A stretch of DNA of 64,000 nt from an uncultured Nitrospinota bacterium. Its GTDB lineage: Bacteria; Nitrospinota; Nitrospinia; Nitrospinales; JAJDAT01. The translations under genes were made by a program, and so were the position numbers. Under the pieces are notes generated by a model. The model was not told where the DNA came from. It saw only the letters and a list, made by a program, of their open reading frames with translations, and searched no databases. The DNA is taken from NCBI GenBank assembly GCA_964344185.1, contig CAYFMN010000009.1:19023-83022 (forward strand). Direction: 5' to 3'. Of this stretch, positions 18,641 through 28,661 are shown one piece after another; position 1 is the first letter of the stretch; every line of letters starts with the position of its first letter.

Positions 18641-18668
18641 TAAAGTTACTATTTTCAAGGGTCGATAG
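18641..18668 (+). promoter_or_regulatory. sigma-28 (FliA)-type promoter candidate for fliD-fliS
   Basis: TAAA(GTT)-N16-GTCGATAG versus consensus TAAA-N15-GCCGATAA. The -10 element ends 55 nt upstream of the fliD ATG. Confidence 0.45.
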
Positions 18669-18722
18669 AGTATTTAGAGAGCGACTTGTAATATTCAATC
18701 GGCGCAAAATTGAGGGAATACC

Positions 18723-20345
18723 ATGGCAGAAGCAGCGATTAATGGCTTAAACTCCGGATTAGATACAGCGTCAATTATTGACGGCTTGGTTGCTTTAAAC
18801 CGCCGTCCAATTGATGTCACGATTGCCAAACGAGATCTGGAGATAGAAAAACTGGCTTCATTTGAAGATTTGAAGTCGCGTTTACTTACTTTCAAAAGCC
18901 AGGTCGGAGAAATAAATACAGAAAGCGAGTTTTTATCTATCGCCGGCTCATTTTCAAATAATTCCTCGTCTTCTACCAATACAGTTGTCAATGTAACCAC
19001 TACCTCAACGGCCTCTTCTGGAACATTCTCATTTACGGTCAATCAATTAGCGCAAGAGGGGAAAATTACCTCTGGAGGATTTTCCTCCATTACTGATGAA
19101 ATTGCGCAAGGCACTTTCCAAATCACAGTTGGAAGCGAAACAAGATTAATTGAAATAAACGAAACAAATAACACAGTAGACGGCCTTCGATTAGCGATAA
19201 ACAACTCCGGCATAAGCGCGAATGCAACCTTTTTAAACGATGGAGACAGCTCTAATCCGATTCGCCTAGTAATATCTGGCACTAAAACAGGCTCAGATAA
19301 TGCTGTTTCTGCACAGCTATTTCATTCTGTTATTGGCGGAGGCCAAATTAACGCTTTACCTTTTACAGAAACTCAAACCGCACAAGACGCGATTATAGTT
19401 GTGGATGGAGTGCAGGCTGTAAAATCCTCTAATACCATAACGGACGTTATTACCGGAGCCACTTTAAATCTTCAATCGGCAGGCTCTGGAATCATCACTT
19501 TACAAACCGACGCTCAGGCAATTACAGATAAAATAGGCGCTTTTGTAGAAGGTTATAACGATCTTATGGCCTTCTTGAATTCTGAATTATTTTTCGATCC
19601 TGACACTAATTTTACCGGAACTTTATTTGGCAACTACACGACTCAAAATCTTCAGTCTACTTTAAGAAACGTAATCAGTAGCGCTGTCGAGGGAGTGACC
19701 GGCAGTTTCCAATATCTATCTCAAGTTGGAATCACTACTCAAGAAGACGGTCTCCTTTTGCTAGATGAAGGAGAATTTAAAGATTCTTTAAACCAAGATA
19801 TCGGTAACGTTTCACAGCTATTTTCTAGTCAAGGCATAACAACAAACTCCAACGTTACCTTCATCGGAGCTACTGACGACACGGTTGCCGGAACCTATGA
19901 CCTAAGAGTGCTTAATGGGGTTCCACAATTGAGTAAAACAGGTGAAAACAACTATACGGATGCTACGGGATCGGGTAATTTCTTTGCAGGCGCCGCCGGC
20001 ACCGATGCGGAAGGTCTTAATTTTAGAATTGCCACATTAGCGGATGGGGATTATGGAACAATTACTTTCGCCGCAGGCGTTGCCGAAACTTTAAACCGGG
20101 AACTTGCCGATCTTACTGACGCCTCCCGAGCCGGCCCTCTTGTTGCGGAAATTGATACAGTCACAAACACGATTGAAGATTTTGACGAAACTATCACAGA
20201 TCAGGAAGAAAGAATCGAATTATTTGAAGAAAACCTCAAAGCTCGGTTTTCTAACCTGGAAGTTGTGATTGGACGATTGAATTCTCAAAGAGACGCTTTT
20301 AACGGCGCCTTAGCGGGTATTCAAAGCGCTTTTGAACCAAGATAA
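18723..20345 (+). CDS. fliD: flagellar filament cap protein (hook-associated protein 2)
   Basis: 540 aa. N-terminal INGLNSGLDTASIIDGLVALNRRPID and C-terminal coiled-coil region typical of FliD. Followed by fliS. Confidence 0.9.
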   Translation: MAEAAINGLNSGLDTASIIDGLVALNRRPIDVTIAKRDLEIEKLASFEDLKSRLLTFKSQVGEINTESEFLSIAGSFSNNSSSSTNTVVNVTTTSTASSGTFSFTVNQLAQEGKITSGGFSSITDEIAQGTFQITVGSETRLIEINETNNTVDGLRLAINNSGISANATFLNDGDSSNPIRLVISGTKTGSDNAVSAQLFHSVIGGGQINALPFTETQTAQDAIIVVDGVQAVKSSNTITDVITGATLNLQSAGSGIITLQTDAQAITDKIGAFVEGYNDLMAFLNSELFFDPDTNFTGTLFGNYTTQNLQSTLRNVISSAVEGVTGSFQYLSQVGITTQEDGLLLLDEGEFKDSLNQDIGNVSQLFSSQGITTNSNVTFIGATDDTVAGTYDLRVLNGVPQLSKTGENNYTDATGSGNFFAGAAGTDAEGLNFRIATLADGDYGTITFAAGVAETLNRELADLTDASRAGPLVAEIDTVTNTIEDFDETITDQEERIELFEENLKARFSNLEVVIGRLNSQRDAFNGALAGIQSAFEPR

Positions 20346-20361
20346 TTAAGGAGTTAATGGA

Positions 20362-20799
20362 ATGATTTTGGGAGCTGCAAGACACTACAAACAATACCAG
20401 CAAAATGATATTTCTACTTCAAGCCAAGGTCAGCTCATTTTAATGATGTATGAAGGCGCAATAAAAAACACTTCGATGGCTATTGACTGCATCGATCAAA
20501 AAGATATTCCTGGAAAAGGACTGCATATACGAAAGACTCATGACATCATCAACGAATTATCTCTTGCGTTAGATATGGAAAAAGGCGGAGACGTTTCTAA
20601 ACGGCTAGAAAGGTTATACCAATTTATACTTAGCCAACTCACGTTAGCCAATATCAAGTCTGAAACCAAAATTTTAAAATCAGTTTTAGAAATTTTAAAT
20701 ACTCTGCTTAGCGCTTGGACAGAAGTCATTAACAAACAAAAAATTGAAGAACCCGCTCCTCCCGAGCAAGCCTTAAAAAGAATCGCTTCGAAATGTTAA
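20362..20799 (+). CDS. fliS: flagellar export chaperone FliS
   Basis: 145 aa. YQQNDISTSSQGQLILMMYEGAI.. four-helix FliS signature. Confidence 0.9.
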   Translation: MILGAARHYKQYQQNDISTSSQGQLILMMYEGAIKNTSMAIDCIDQKDIPGKGLHIRKTHDIINELSLALDMEKGGDVSKRLERLYQFILSQLTLANIKSETKILKSVLEILNTLLSAWTEVINKQKIEEPAPPEQALKRIASKC

Positions 20800-21167
20800 A
20801 AAAATAGAAACAAATCCATGTCCCCATACACTTTATTCCAAAGTTATTCAAAGTCTATTACCTTGTCTCACACCAACCTGTAATCTTTTCGCTTTACAAT
20901 ATTAAGCGTTGTTTTCGTATTCCCAATAACGCTGACTTCCTTTAACAAACCAACGCTCTATCCTATTGAGCTGCAAATCCTACCACTCCCTTTGACATAA
21001 CGCCAAACATATGATAAAACACAGCAATTTTCTTAAATTGAACCGTTCTGGAAGCTCTCTTTAGATCAGCTAATTTAAAGAATTTACCGCTCAATGTCTT
21101 AAAGAAGTTTTGTTTTTTTCGGTATTTTACTATTGAGGCTCCCAGCAAACCAACCGCCAGGAAAAAC

Positions 21168-22328
21168 ATGAAAATTCACGAATACCAGGCAAAAGAATTA
21201 CTCAGAAAATACAATGTGCCCGTTCCAAACGGCGTATTGGTAGACGACAAATCCCAAGCTGCGGCAGCCGCGAAAAAACTTGGCACTATTGTAACGGTTG
21301 TTAAAGCTCAAATTCATGCGGGAGGTAGAGGAAAAGGCGGCGGTGTAAAGCTGGCTAAAAGTCCTGAAGAAGCCGAAACTCACGCTGGAAAAATTCTTGG
21401 AATGACTTTAGTCACTCCTCAAACAGGCTCTGAAGGCATGTTAGTCAAGAAAGTATTAATTGAAGAAGGAATGGACATCGTTCAAGAGCTATACTTGAGT
21501 ATGGTTATTGACCGGGAAATCAGTCGCCCCTTGATTATTGCCAGCGCGGCAGGCGGAATGGAAATTGAGGAAGTTGCCGAAGCCACTCCAGAAAAGATAA
21601 TTAAGGAACCCATTGATCCTATTGAAGGCGTTCAACCTTATTTAGCTCGTAAAATATGCTTTGCTCTGGGCTTGAGTAAAGAAGCCATGAAACAAGCGAT
21701 TCCATTTATCGTTAATTTGTATAAAGCGTTTCAAAGCGAAGACTGCGACATGCTAGAAATTAATCCGTTAGTGGTCACTCGCGACCATCGGGTATTAGCC
21801 TTGGACGCTAAAGTCAATATTGACGACAACGCCCTTGGACGACACCCCGCTACGGTAGAATATCGAGACCTAGACGAAGAAGACCCAACCGAGGTAGAAG
21901 CGGGTAAATACAACTTAAATTTTATTAAGTTAGACGGAAATATTGGTTGTATGGTTAATGGAGCCGGTCTTGCAATGGCAACTATGGATATTATCAAGCA
22001 TTCGGGCGGCGAGCCCGCCAACTTTTTGGACGTGGGCGGCGGGGCTAACGAAGAAATGATAGAAAACGCATTTCGAATATTACTTGCAGATCCTAATGTA
22101 AAAGCGATATTCATCAACATTTTCGGCGGAATCCTTCGTTGCGATATCTTGGCTACCGGCGTTGTCAACGCGTCCAGGAAATTGGATGTTGACGTTCCAA
22201 TTGTCGTTCGTATGGAAGGCACAAACATGGAAGAAGGACATCGCATCTTAAGAGAATCCGGGTTGAATTTCGTAGTTGGAGACGGAATGAAAGACGCGGC
22301 TAGAAAGGTGGTAAAGGCAATCAAATGA
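21168..22328 (+). CDS. sucC: succinyl-CoA synthetase beta subunit (ADP-forming)
   Basis: 386 aa. [12 protein letters not shown].. ATP-grasp N-terminus. The stop TGA overlaps the sucD ATG (ATGA at 22325-22328). Confidence 0.95.
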   Translation: MKIHEYQAKELLRKYNVPVPNGVLVDDKSQAAAAAKKLGTIVTVVKAQIHAGGRGKGGGVKLAKSPEEAETHAGKILGMTLVTPQTGSEGMLVKKVLIEEGMDIVQELYLSMVIDREISRPLIIASAAGGMEIEEVAEATPEKIIKEPIDPIEGVQPYLARKICFALGLSKEAMKQAIPFIVNLYKAFQSEDCDMLEINPLVVTRDHRVLALDAKVNIDDNALGRHPATVEYRDLDEEDPTEVEAGKYNLNFIKLDGNIGCMVNGAGLAMATMDIIKHSGGEPANFLDVGGGANEEMIENAFRILLADPNVKAIFINIFGGILRCDILATGVVNASRKLDVDVPIVVRMEGTNMEEGHRILRESGLNFVVGDGMKDAARKVVKAIK

Positions 22329-23194
22329 GCATTTTAGTCGACGAAAACACAAGATTGATCGTCCAGGGAATTACTGGGCGCGAAGGTTTATTCCATGCCG
22401 AACAATGTAAAAACTATGGCACAAAGCTGGTAGGCGGCGTAACTCCTAATAAAGGTGGACAAACCGTTTTAGGCGACGTTCCCGTTTTCAATACGGTTAA
22501 AGAAGCCGCTCAAAAAACTAAAGCCAATGCCAGTATGATTTTCGTTCCTCCTGCGTTTGCGGCAGACGCTATCTTAGAAGCGGCTAACGCTGGAATTGAA
22601 CTGATCATTTGTATCGCCGAAGGTATCCCAGTTCACGATATGGTTACGGTTTATCGCGGTTTGCAAAACTCCGGATCCAGGTTGGTCGGCCCCAACTGCC
22701 CAGGCGTAATTTCCCCCGGTAAATGTAAAATTGGAATTATGCCGGCCCATATCCACAAGAAAGGAAATGTCGGAATCATTTCCAGAAGCGGTACTCTTAC
22801 CTACGAAACCGTTGGTCAGTTAACAGCTTTAGGAATTGGCCAATCCACCTGTGTCGGGATTGGCGGGGATCCGATTATCGGGTCACGGTATATTGATATT
22901 CTAGAACTTTTCCAAAAGGACAGAGGTACCAAAGCTATTTGTATGATTGGAGAAATTGGCGGTTCGGCTGAAGAAGAAGCCGCTTATTTCATTAAGAAGA
23001 ATGTCACCAAACCTGTCGTAGGCTTTATTGCCGGTCAAACGGCTCCTCCAGGTCGCCGTATGGGTCATGCAGGCGCTATTATATCCGGCGGACAAGGCAC
23101 GGCGGAAAGTAAAATGAAAGTGATGAAGAAATGCGGAATCAAGGTTTGTAAAAGCCCGGCAGATTTAGGTAAAACCATCGCTAAGTGCCTGTAG
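22325..23194 (+). CDS. sucD: succinyl-CoA synthetase alpha subunit
   Basis: 289 aa. [16 protein letters not shown] and the phospho-His loop MGHAGAII. Confidence 0.95.
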   Translation: MSILVDENTRLIVQGITGREGLFHAEQCKNYGTKLVGGVTPNKGGQTVLGDVPVFNTVKEAAQKTKANASMIFVPPAFAADAILEAANAGIELIICIAEGIPVHDMVTVYRGLQNSGSRLVGPNCPGVISPGKCKIGIMPAHIHKKGNVGIISRSGTLTYETVGQLTALGIGQSTCVGIGGDPIIGSRYIDILELFQKDRGTKAICMIGEIGGSAEEEAAYFIKKNVTKPVVGFIAGQTAPPGRRMGHAGAIISGGQGTAESKMKVMKKCGIKVCKSPADLGKTIAKCL

Positions 23195-23215
23195 GCTATA
23201 AAACTAATTTTAAAA

Positions 23216-23248
23216 GGCGTTTCCCTTTTTGTTGGAAACGCCTTTTTT
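23216..23248 (+). terminator. rho-independent terminator after sucD
   Basis: GGCGTTTCC / GGAAACGCC 9-bp stem, 9-nt loop, then T6. Confidence 0.85.
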
Positions 23249-23348
23249 ATTATCTAACCATCCCCATATAGATTTATCGGCATATAAAAAATTTTAGACT
23301 GACTTTTTTCTGTTTCAAGTCTCTCTATTTTTTGGTCCGGTTAACAAC

Positions 23349-23786
23349 CTAGTCTTCATTTTTCCGAAAATCCAAATTTGTAAGACGATTATGGTAAGCC
23401 AATTCATCAAATCCCCTATCCTTCCGGAAATTATCAAAATAAATATCCGCATATTCTTTAATGATTGCATGTAAAGCTTCATGTGGGTCCATGCCTGCTT
23501 CCTCAAGCCGGTTTTTGGTCTCTAAAACAAAGGGAGGACTTTCCATAACTATTTGGCGGTCAACTCTCACATGCAAAACTGTATGAACAAAAGGATTTAC
23601 AATTTTACCGTCCACTTCTTGCGGGTAACACGCTAACTCGCCCATTTCCCACAATTCGTCGTACTCTGGATGCATATCCATTACTAAGTCTATTCTTTCG
23701 TCCATCTCATCAATCTCTTTTTCTTCCCTTCTTAACTCAGCAACTCGAAGTATTCTCTTTTGAGATTCTTTATCGAATGAAATCAT
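23349..23786 (-). CDS. DUF1841-like protein
   Basis: 145 aa. HPEYDELW...NPFVHTVLHVRVDRQ...HEALHAI pattern as I recall for DUF1841. Assigned from memory only. Confidence 0.55.
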   Translation of the reverse strand: MISFDKESQKRILRVAELRREEKEIDEMDERIDLVMDMHPEYDELWEMGELACYPQEVDGKIVNPFVHTVLHVRVDRQIVMESPPFVLETKNRLEEAGMDPHEALHAIIKEYADIYFDNFRKDRGFDELAYHNRLTNLDFRKNED

Positions 23787-23869
23787 ATTTATCCTAAATA
23801 AAACAACCTAATGCATTATATTGGTATATTGGCGCTTTCCGGAGCAATAATTGGAGAATCAAGCACAAC

Positions 23870-24154
23870 TTATGGAGTTTCCGTAAAGTGTGTTTTTCGC
23901 TCCTTGTTTCCACCTCCATATACCATAAAAACTCTTTTGCCCTGCCGAACATGATATTTTGCCCAGGCAGGCGATTTACCCTCATAGCTAGCATCGGGAT
24001 CTTCACCTTCGGCTTTTAAGAAATCAGGGTAATCCATTCCTGTATCAAAAACATCAAGTAATAAACAATCTGTGTTAAAGCCATCACCCGTGAGCTTAAT
24101 CTGACTTAAAAACTTCTGAATTTCCTCAGGGTTGTTCATTTCAAGATCTTGCAT
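23870..24154 (-). CDS. hypothetical protein (94 aa)
   Basis: ORF only; no motif. Confidence 0.4.
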   Translation of the reverse strand: MQDLEMNNPEEIQKFLSQIKLTGDGFNTDCLLLDVFDTGMDYPDFLKAEGEDPDASYEGKSPAWAKYHVRQGKRVFMVYGGGNKERKTHFTETP

Positions 24155-24321
24155 TCTTTATATCTTCCTAAAAATTTGAAAACGGTTTTAAGAAACCGTT
24201 TTGATTTAAACCTGATAATTATGGTAACCTTTTCAAGTTAAATTTTAGGCAATTTTTGCATTTAGTAAAGAGATTATCGTCAGTTTAGTTTATTTTTTCT
24301 AATCTATAAATTAGTTTTAAA

Positions 24322-24633
24322 ATGTTCACTCAAGAAAATCTTATTCTTCAAAGATCTAATCCTAGCGGGGACGGCGGCGTTCAATTCCTATATGAGGTTA
24401 ATGGTTATGGAATTGCCGCAATCAGTCTTCCAATGGAAGAAATATCTCAATTACATTGGAATGTAGAAGTCATAAAATACACCGATGTAGGCAAATATAA
24501 GTTTGAAGTTTGTCATACCACGGAATTGGCTGATAAAACTCTAATCTTTTATAACGACAAAAAATTCAATGAATTTTTGTTAAAAGCCTTTAACTACTTT
24601 AAAGAATTGGATAAACTTGAAAAAATGCTGTAA
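24322..24633 (+). CDS. hypothetical protein (103 aa)
   Basis: ORF only; no motif. Confidence 0.45.
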   Translation: MFTQENLILQRSNPSGDGGVQFLYEVNGYGIAAISLPMEEISQLHWNVEVIKYTDVGKYKFEVCHTTELADKTLIFYNDKKFNEFLLKAFNYFKELDKLEKML

Positions 24634-24848
24634 ATCTAGTTAGGATAATCGACTAAAATAGTATTTTTGTAAGAGGTATGCGGCGCTAAATTATTTTTTT
24701 GAGTGATTTTCACCAAAAGATTTGAAAAAAATTGTATAAATTCAAGGATTATGCTATTTTACGGGCACTTAAAGTCGCAATAAATGTTTATATTTTAAAC
24801 GTTTCAATTACATATAAAACCTATAATTTTTATTGAGGAGTCACCCTA

Positions 24849-26081
24849 ATGTCGGATAGTAAACTGTATATTAAGGAAATGCCAGCGGATTGGGTACCCG
24901 GTCGTGATAAACAAAAAGTGGTAAGTCCTGAATATATGTTTCACGAAGCTCCACGTGAGCAAGTCTTTATTACTGGTAGTGAAGCGGCTCGTGAGGCAAT
25001 TCGCAGATCAAACGTGGATATCGCTATTTCTTATCCAATCACTCCCCAAAGTGAAACCATGCAGCAGGCGGGTTATCTTTACGACGAGGGATATATCGGA
25101 GAATATTATAGAGCCGAAGAAGAAATCGGCACCATGTCTGCGGTCGGCGGAGCTTCCAGAGCTGGAGTAAGATCTCTAACTGCAACTTCAGGCCCAGGGT
25201 TGATGCGCGGAATGGAAGCCATCTCCTCATGGCCTGGAGCAAGAACCCCGTTGGTTCTTTTGAATATGTGCCGGGTTATCAACACCCCGTTAGCAATTCA
25301 ACCAGATAATATTGAAATGTCTTTCTTGATTAACTCTGGGTTGGTTATGCTCCATGCAGAAAACCAGCAAGACTTTTTCGACTTCTCCATGGCGGCATTC
25401 ATTATCAGCGAACAGGTTGACGTAACCTTGCCCGTTTCAGTTTCTGTTGACGGTTTCTTTGTAACCCATGCTCGCGGTAACGTAAGAATGCAATCCGAAG
25501 ATTTAAAGTTACCACCTCGCGATGGTTGGAAATCTGCAGTGCCTGCGATGGATAATGAAAATCCACCAGCTCGTATTTCTCGCGACGCCCCAATACAAAA
25601 AAGTAACTTTATTAGCTATCATATGCATGCCAGTTGGCAACAAGAGGTATTTGCCGCAACGGAGCGCGCTAAAAAATATATTAGTAATTATCTCAACGGC
25701 GTGGTTGAAATAATTAACCCTGACGCTGAGGTGATGTTGATTGCTTCTGGCTCCGCTGTTTCTCAATCTAGAGAAGCTGTAAGACAAAGCGAAGAAATGG
25801 GTAAGAAAATTGGCTTGATTAAAGTTAAGTCTATCCGCCCATTCCCTAAAGCGGAAATTCGAGAAGCTTGTAAAAATGTTAAACAAATTTTTGTTCCTGA
25901 ATTCAACCAAATGGGTTGGATGCATAAAGAGGTTTGTTCTAGTTTATTTGGTTTTACCGATGCAAAAATCGCTCCAGGACCTCGGGTTTATGGCGGAATG
26001 ACTATGCCTACCGAAATGATTCTTGATTGGTTAGAAGAAGGAAGAAAAGATAAACCATGGTTTTTCCAAGATCCTTTTTAG
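24849..26081 (+). CDS. korA: 2-oxoacid:ferredoxin oxidoreductase alpha subunit (2-oxoglutarate- or pyruvate-specific)
   Basis: 410 aa. ISYPITPQSE and SGPGL motifs of the POR/KOR alpha family. Substrate not decidable from sequence by eye; the sucCD neighbourhood favours 2-oxoglutarate. Confidence 0.9.
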   Translation: MSDSKLYIKEMPADWVPGRDKQKVVSPEYMFHEAPREQVFITGSEAAREAIRRSNVDIAISYPITPQSETMQQAGYLYDEGYIGEYYRAEEEIGTMSAVGGASRAGVRSLTATSGPGLMRGMEAISSWPGARTPLVLLNMCRVINTPLAIQPDNIEMSFLINSGLVMLHAENQQDFFDFSMAAFIISEQVDVTLPVSVSVDGFFVTHARGNVRMQSEDLKLPPRDGWKSAVPAMDNENPPARISRDAPIQKSNFISYHMHASWQQEVFAATERAKKYISNYLNGVVEIINPDAEVMLIASGSAVSQSREAVRQSEEMGKKIGLIKVKSIRPFPKAEIREACKNVKQIFVPEFNQMGWMHKEVCSSLFGFTDAKIAPGPRVYGGMTMPTEMILDWLEEGRKDKPWFFQDPF

Positions 26082-26169
26082 GAACTTGATAACCATAAAT
26101 TTTCTTTCTTAATAAATTTTTTAAAACAAAATTAAATATATAAGTATTAATTTACGAAAGGATTGAGTT

Positions 26170-27042
26170 ATGGCTCATGACAATTTAACCCCATCTCCAG
26201 GTTATTTAGAGTGGTTGCCCATTGAGTATCAGGATTTAGTTAATCTTGGACCTTACAATCGAGAAAAGAAACCTAAAGTAACGGATATGGGTAAGTTCAA
26301 AGAAATTATTGAAGAGCATCCTATGTGCGCTGGTTGTGCAATGACGCTTTTTATTCGACTTTCCATGATCGCATTTCCTAACCCAGAGCATACTATAATC
26401 ATCGGAACTGCTGGATGTGGTCGATTGGCTATCAGTCAAGCGTCTATTCCTTTTATTTATGGGAATTATGGAGATACTAACTCTATAGCTTCGGGCGTAA
26501 AAAGAGGTTTGACGCAAAAATACCCAAATCAATTTAAAGATGTTGTGGTAATGGCTGGCGACGGTGGATTAATCGATATCGGTTTCCAAGGTTTAATGCA
26601 TAGTTGGTTTCGGCAAGAAAGATTCACCACCATTATGCTTGATAATGAAGTTTATGGTAATACAGGCGGTCAAGAAAGTGGAATGACCACTCAGGGCCAA
26701 ATCTTGAAAATGGCTCCAAGAGGTAAAGTGACTCAAAAAATTGACGCCATGAGTTTGGCAAAAGTGGCTGGCGTTGACTATATTGCTCGAATCGCTCCGA
26801 CCAATCCTTCCCGTGTTGCGAGGACTGTTAGAAGAGCGGTATTAATAGCTCGAGAAGTTGGACCTACTTATATTCAAGCCTACACTTCTTGTAATATTGA
26901 ATACGCAATTCCAACGGGCGATGTAATGCAAGATGCATTTGATAAAGAAAAAGAACGATATGGTTTCGAAGAAATCATTTCAGATAAGGCGAAAGCCTAT
27001 TTGGATGAAATCGAAAAGAAACCAAAAAAAGCTAAAAAATAA
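26170..27042 (+). CDS. korB: 2-oxoacid:ferredoxin oxidoreductase beta subunit (TPP-binding)
   Basis: 290 aa. CAGC..GCG cluster ligands and TPP motif GDGG..N(x)YGNTGGQ. Confidence 0.9.
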   Translation: MAHDNLTPSPGYLEWLPIEYQDLVNLGPYNREKKPKVTDMGKFKEIIEEHPMCAGCAMTLFIRLSMIAFPNPEHTIIIGTAGCGRLAISQASIPFIYGNYGDTNSIASGVKRGLTQKYPNQFKDVVVMAGDGGLIDIGFQGLMHSWFRQERFTTIMLDNEVYGNTGGQESGMTTQGQILKMAPRGKVTQKIDAMSLAKVAGVDYIARIAPTNPSRVARTVRRAVLIAREVGPTYIQAYTSCNIEYAIPTGDVMQDAFDKEKERYGFEEIISDKAKAYLDEIEKKPKKAKK

Positions 27043-27059
27043 AGGGAGGTAAGCTCATA

Positions 27060-27788
27060 ATGACAGAAGAAGTCCAACGATATAATATCCGGATGGCCGG
27101 GGTTGGCGGTCAAGGGGTTGTAACAGCCTCTCACATCGTAAGTAACGGAGTTGTTATTTCTGGCGGTCATAGTTCGCTCGTACCTTTTTTCGGATCGGAA
27201 AAAAGAAACGCGCCGGTTGAAAGTTACGTAAGGATTTCCAATGGGGAAATTTATGAAATCGGAGAAATCATTTATCCTAATGTTTTGATGATTTTTCACG
27301 CTCAGGTTATTACCCTTGGGAAATCATATACTATGCCCTTTTATAGCGGTTTGAAAAAAAATGGTATTATCGTAATTAACAGTCGAACTCCAATTCCATT
27401 CACGCCTGACGAAGAAAAAGAGCTTGAGGAAAATGGAGCTCAAATTTGTTATTTGCCAGCTACAGAAATGGCTAACGATATAGCAAAAACTGAATTGGCC
27501 ACTAACATGGCAATGTGTGGCGCGATTTCCGGATTATTTGGGCTACCAGATCTGAAATCCCTAGAAGAATCCGTTAAAGATCGATTTATCGGAAAAGGTA
27601 TTGTTGTTTCCGGTGGTACGGCAGCCTTGGATAGCGCTATCGAAAGAAAGTTTGCTAAAAAACAAAAACTACTGGAAGCTAACGTTAAAACTTTGACAGC
27701 AGCTTATAAATATGCGATTGACGAGGGCTGGGCGGCTGAAGCTAAAAAACGTAGAGACGCTGCTAAAGCGGCTATGGCTAGCGCATAA
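27060..27788 (+). CDS. 2-oxoacid:ferredoxin oxidoreductase gamma subunit
   Basis: 242 aa. GVGGQGVVTAS motif. Ala/Lys-rich C-terminal tail. Confidence 0.85.
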   Translation: MTEEVQRYNIRMAGVGGQGVVTASHIVSNGVVISGGHSSLVPFFGSEKRNAPVESYVRISNGEIYEIGEIIYPNVLMIFHAQVITLGKSYTMPFYSGLKKNGIIVINSRTPIPFTPDEEKELEENGAQICYLPATEMANDIAKTELATNMAMCGAISGLFGLPDLKSLEESVKDRFIGKGIVVSGGTAALDSAIERKFAKKQKLLEANVKTLTAAYKYAIDEGWAAEAKKRRDAAKAAMASA

Positions 27789-27810
27789 ATACTATTATTG
27801 TGGAGTAACC

Positions 27811-28074
27811 ATGTACTATATTGCTTGCGTTGACACAGAGAAATGTTCTGAGACAAATTGTCATCTCTGTACAACTTACTGTCCAGAGTCTAACTGTATA
27901 AATTACAGCGAAGCGGATAAAACCGCTTATGTTTCAGTTGACCGATGTAAATCCTGCGAAATTTGCGTTTACATCTGTAAAGAAGTCGCTAAACATAATT
28001 GTATCCAAATGAAATGGATAGATAATTTGGAAGACGGTTTTGTCATCAAAAAGAGCGGCGTAATTATCCGCTAA
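27811..28074 (+). CDS. 2-oxoacid:ferredoxin oxidoreductase delta subunit (2x[4Fe-4S] ferredoxin-like)
   Basis: 87 aa from ATG 27811 (GGAG 6 nt upstream), in frame within track ORF 27712-28074. Cys motifs CHLCTTYCP and CKSCEICVYIC. Confidence 0.75.
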   Translation: MYYIACVDTEKCSETNCHLCTTYCPESNCINYSEADKTAYVSVDRCKSCEICVYICKEVAKHNCIQMKWIDNLEDGFVIKKSGVIIR

Positions 28075-28090
28075 TAGATTCGATTTAAAA

Positions 28091-28133
28091 GGTATTTGGG
28101 TTGATTATTATTCTTCCCAAATACCTTTTTTTT
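28091..28133 (+). terminator. rho-independent terminator after the oxidoreductase operon
   Basis: GGTATTTGGG / CCCAAATACC 10-bp perfect stem followed by T8. Confidence 0.85.
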
Positions 28134-28177
28134 GTTTTTAACCAATTTAAAATTTAAATAAGAGGAAACAAAAAGGG

Positions 28178-28594
28178 ATGGAAAAAACTCTGGCTATTTT
28201 GAAACCAGACGCAGTGGAGCGCAATTTAATTGGTAAAATATTGGAAAGAATAGAAGGAAAAGGCTTTAAAGTTGCCGCTATGAAAATGGTTCATTTGAGC
28301 CAAACTGAAGCGGAAGGTTTTTATCATGTACATAAAGAAAGACCTTTTTTTGGCGATTTAACAACTTATATGAGTTCAGGACCGGTAGTTTTACTGGTTT
28401 TAACAAGAGATAATGCAATTAAAGAATGGCGCGATCTAATGGGCGCTACCAACCCTGCGGACGCGGCTGACGGAACGATTCGTAAAGATTTTGCGGTAAA
28501 TATTGAAAAAAACTCGACTCATGGATCTGACGCTCCAGATACTGCCGCTTTTGAAATTTCCTATTTTTTTAGCCAAACGGAAATTGTTGGATAA
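28178..28594 (+). CDS. ndk: nucleoside diphosphate kinase
   Basis: 138 aa. [10 protein letters not shown].. and active-site NSTHGSD. Confidence 0.95.
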   Translation: MEKTLAILKPDAVERNLIGKILERIEGKGFKVAAMKMVHLSQTEAEGFYHVHKERPFFGDLTTYMSSGPVVLLVLTRDNAIKEWRDLMGATNPADAADGTIRKDFAVNIEKNSTHGSDAPDTAAFEISYFFSQTEIVG

Positions 28595-28661
28595 GTTTGC
28601 CCCGGTAATTGCTTTTGAGTTAAAATAATTTTATACGCTAAAAGCTTACCAGGGGTTTATT

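Noticed and set aside
18211-18658. Track ORFs 18211-18420 (+), 18165-18380 (-) and 18374-18658 (-) in the fliD upstream gap
   Set aside because: They are mutually overlapping, with Ile/Leu/Lys/Asn-rich translations typical of AT-rich non-coding DNA. One of them runs through a repeat copy.
20963-21169. 68-aa minus-strand ORF whose start overlaps the sucC ATG (CATG palindrome)
   Set aside because: No motif, no RBS, and its start codon is just the reverse complement of the sucC start context. It is probably spurious, though the 370-bp fliS-sucC spacer remains unexplained.
21731-22324. 197-aa ORF antisense to sucC
   Set aside because: It is fully embedded opposite a highly conserved gene, has a low-complexity Ser/Pro/Ile-rich translation and lacks an RBS. 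It is a typical shadow ORF. The same applies to 25509-25925 (antisense korA), 9003-9392 and 8449-8721 (antisense sdhA), 18695-19042 (antisense fliD), 32419-32805 (antisense comM) and 49507-49857 (antisense rsmE).
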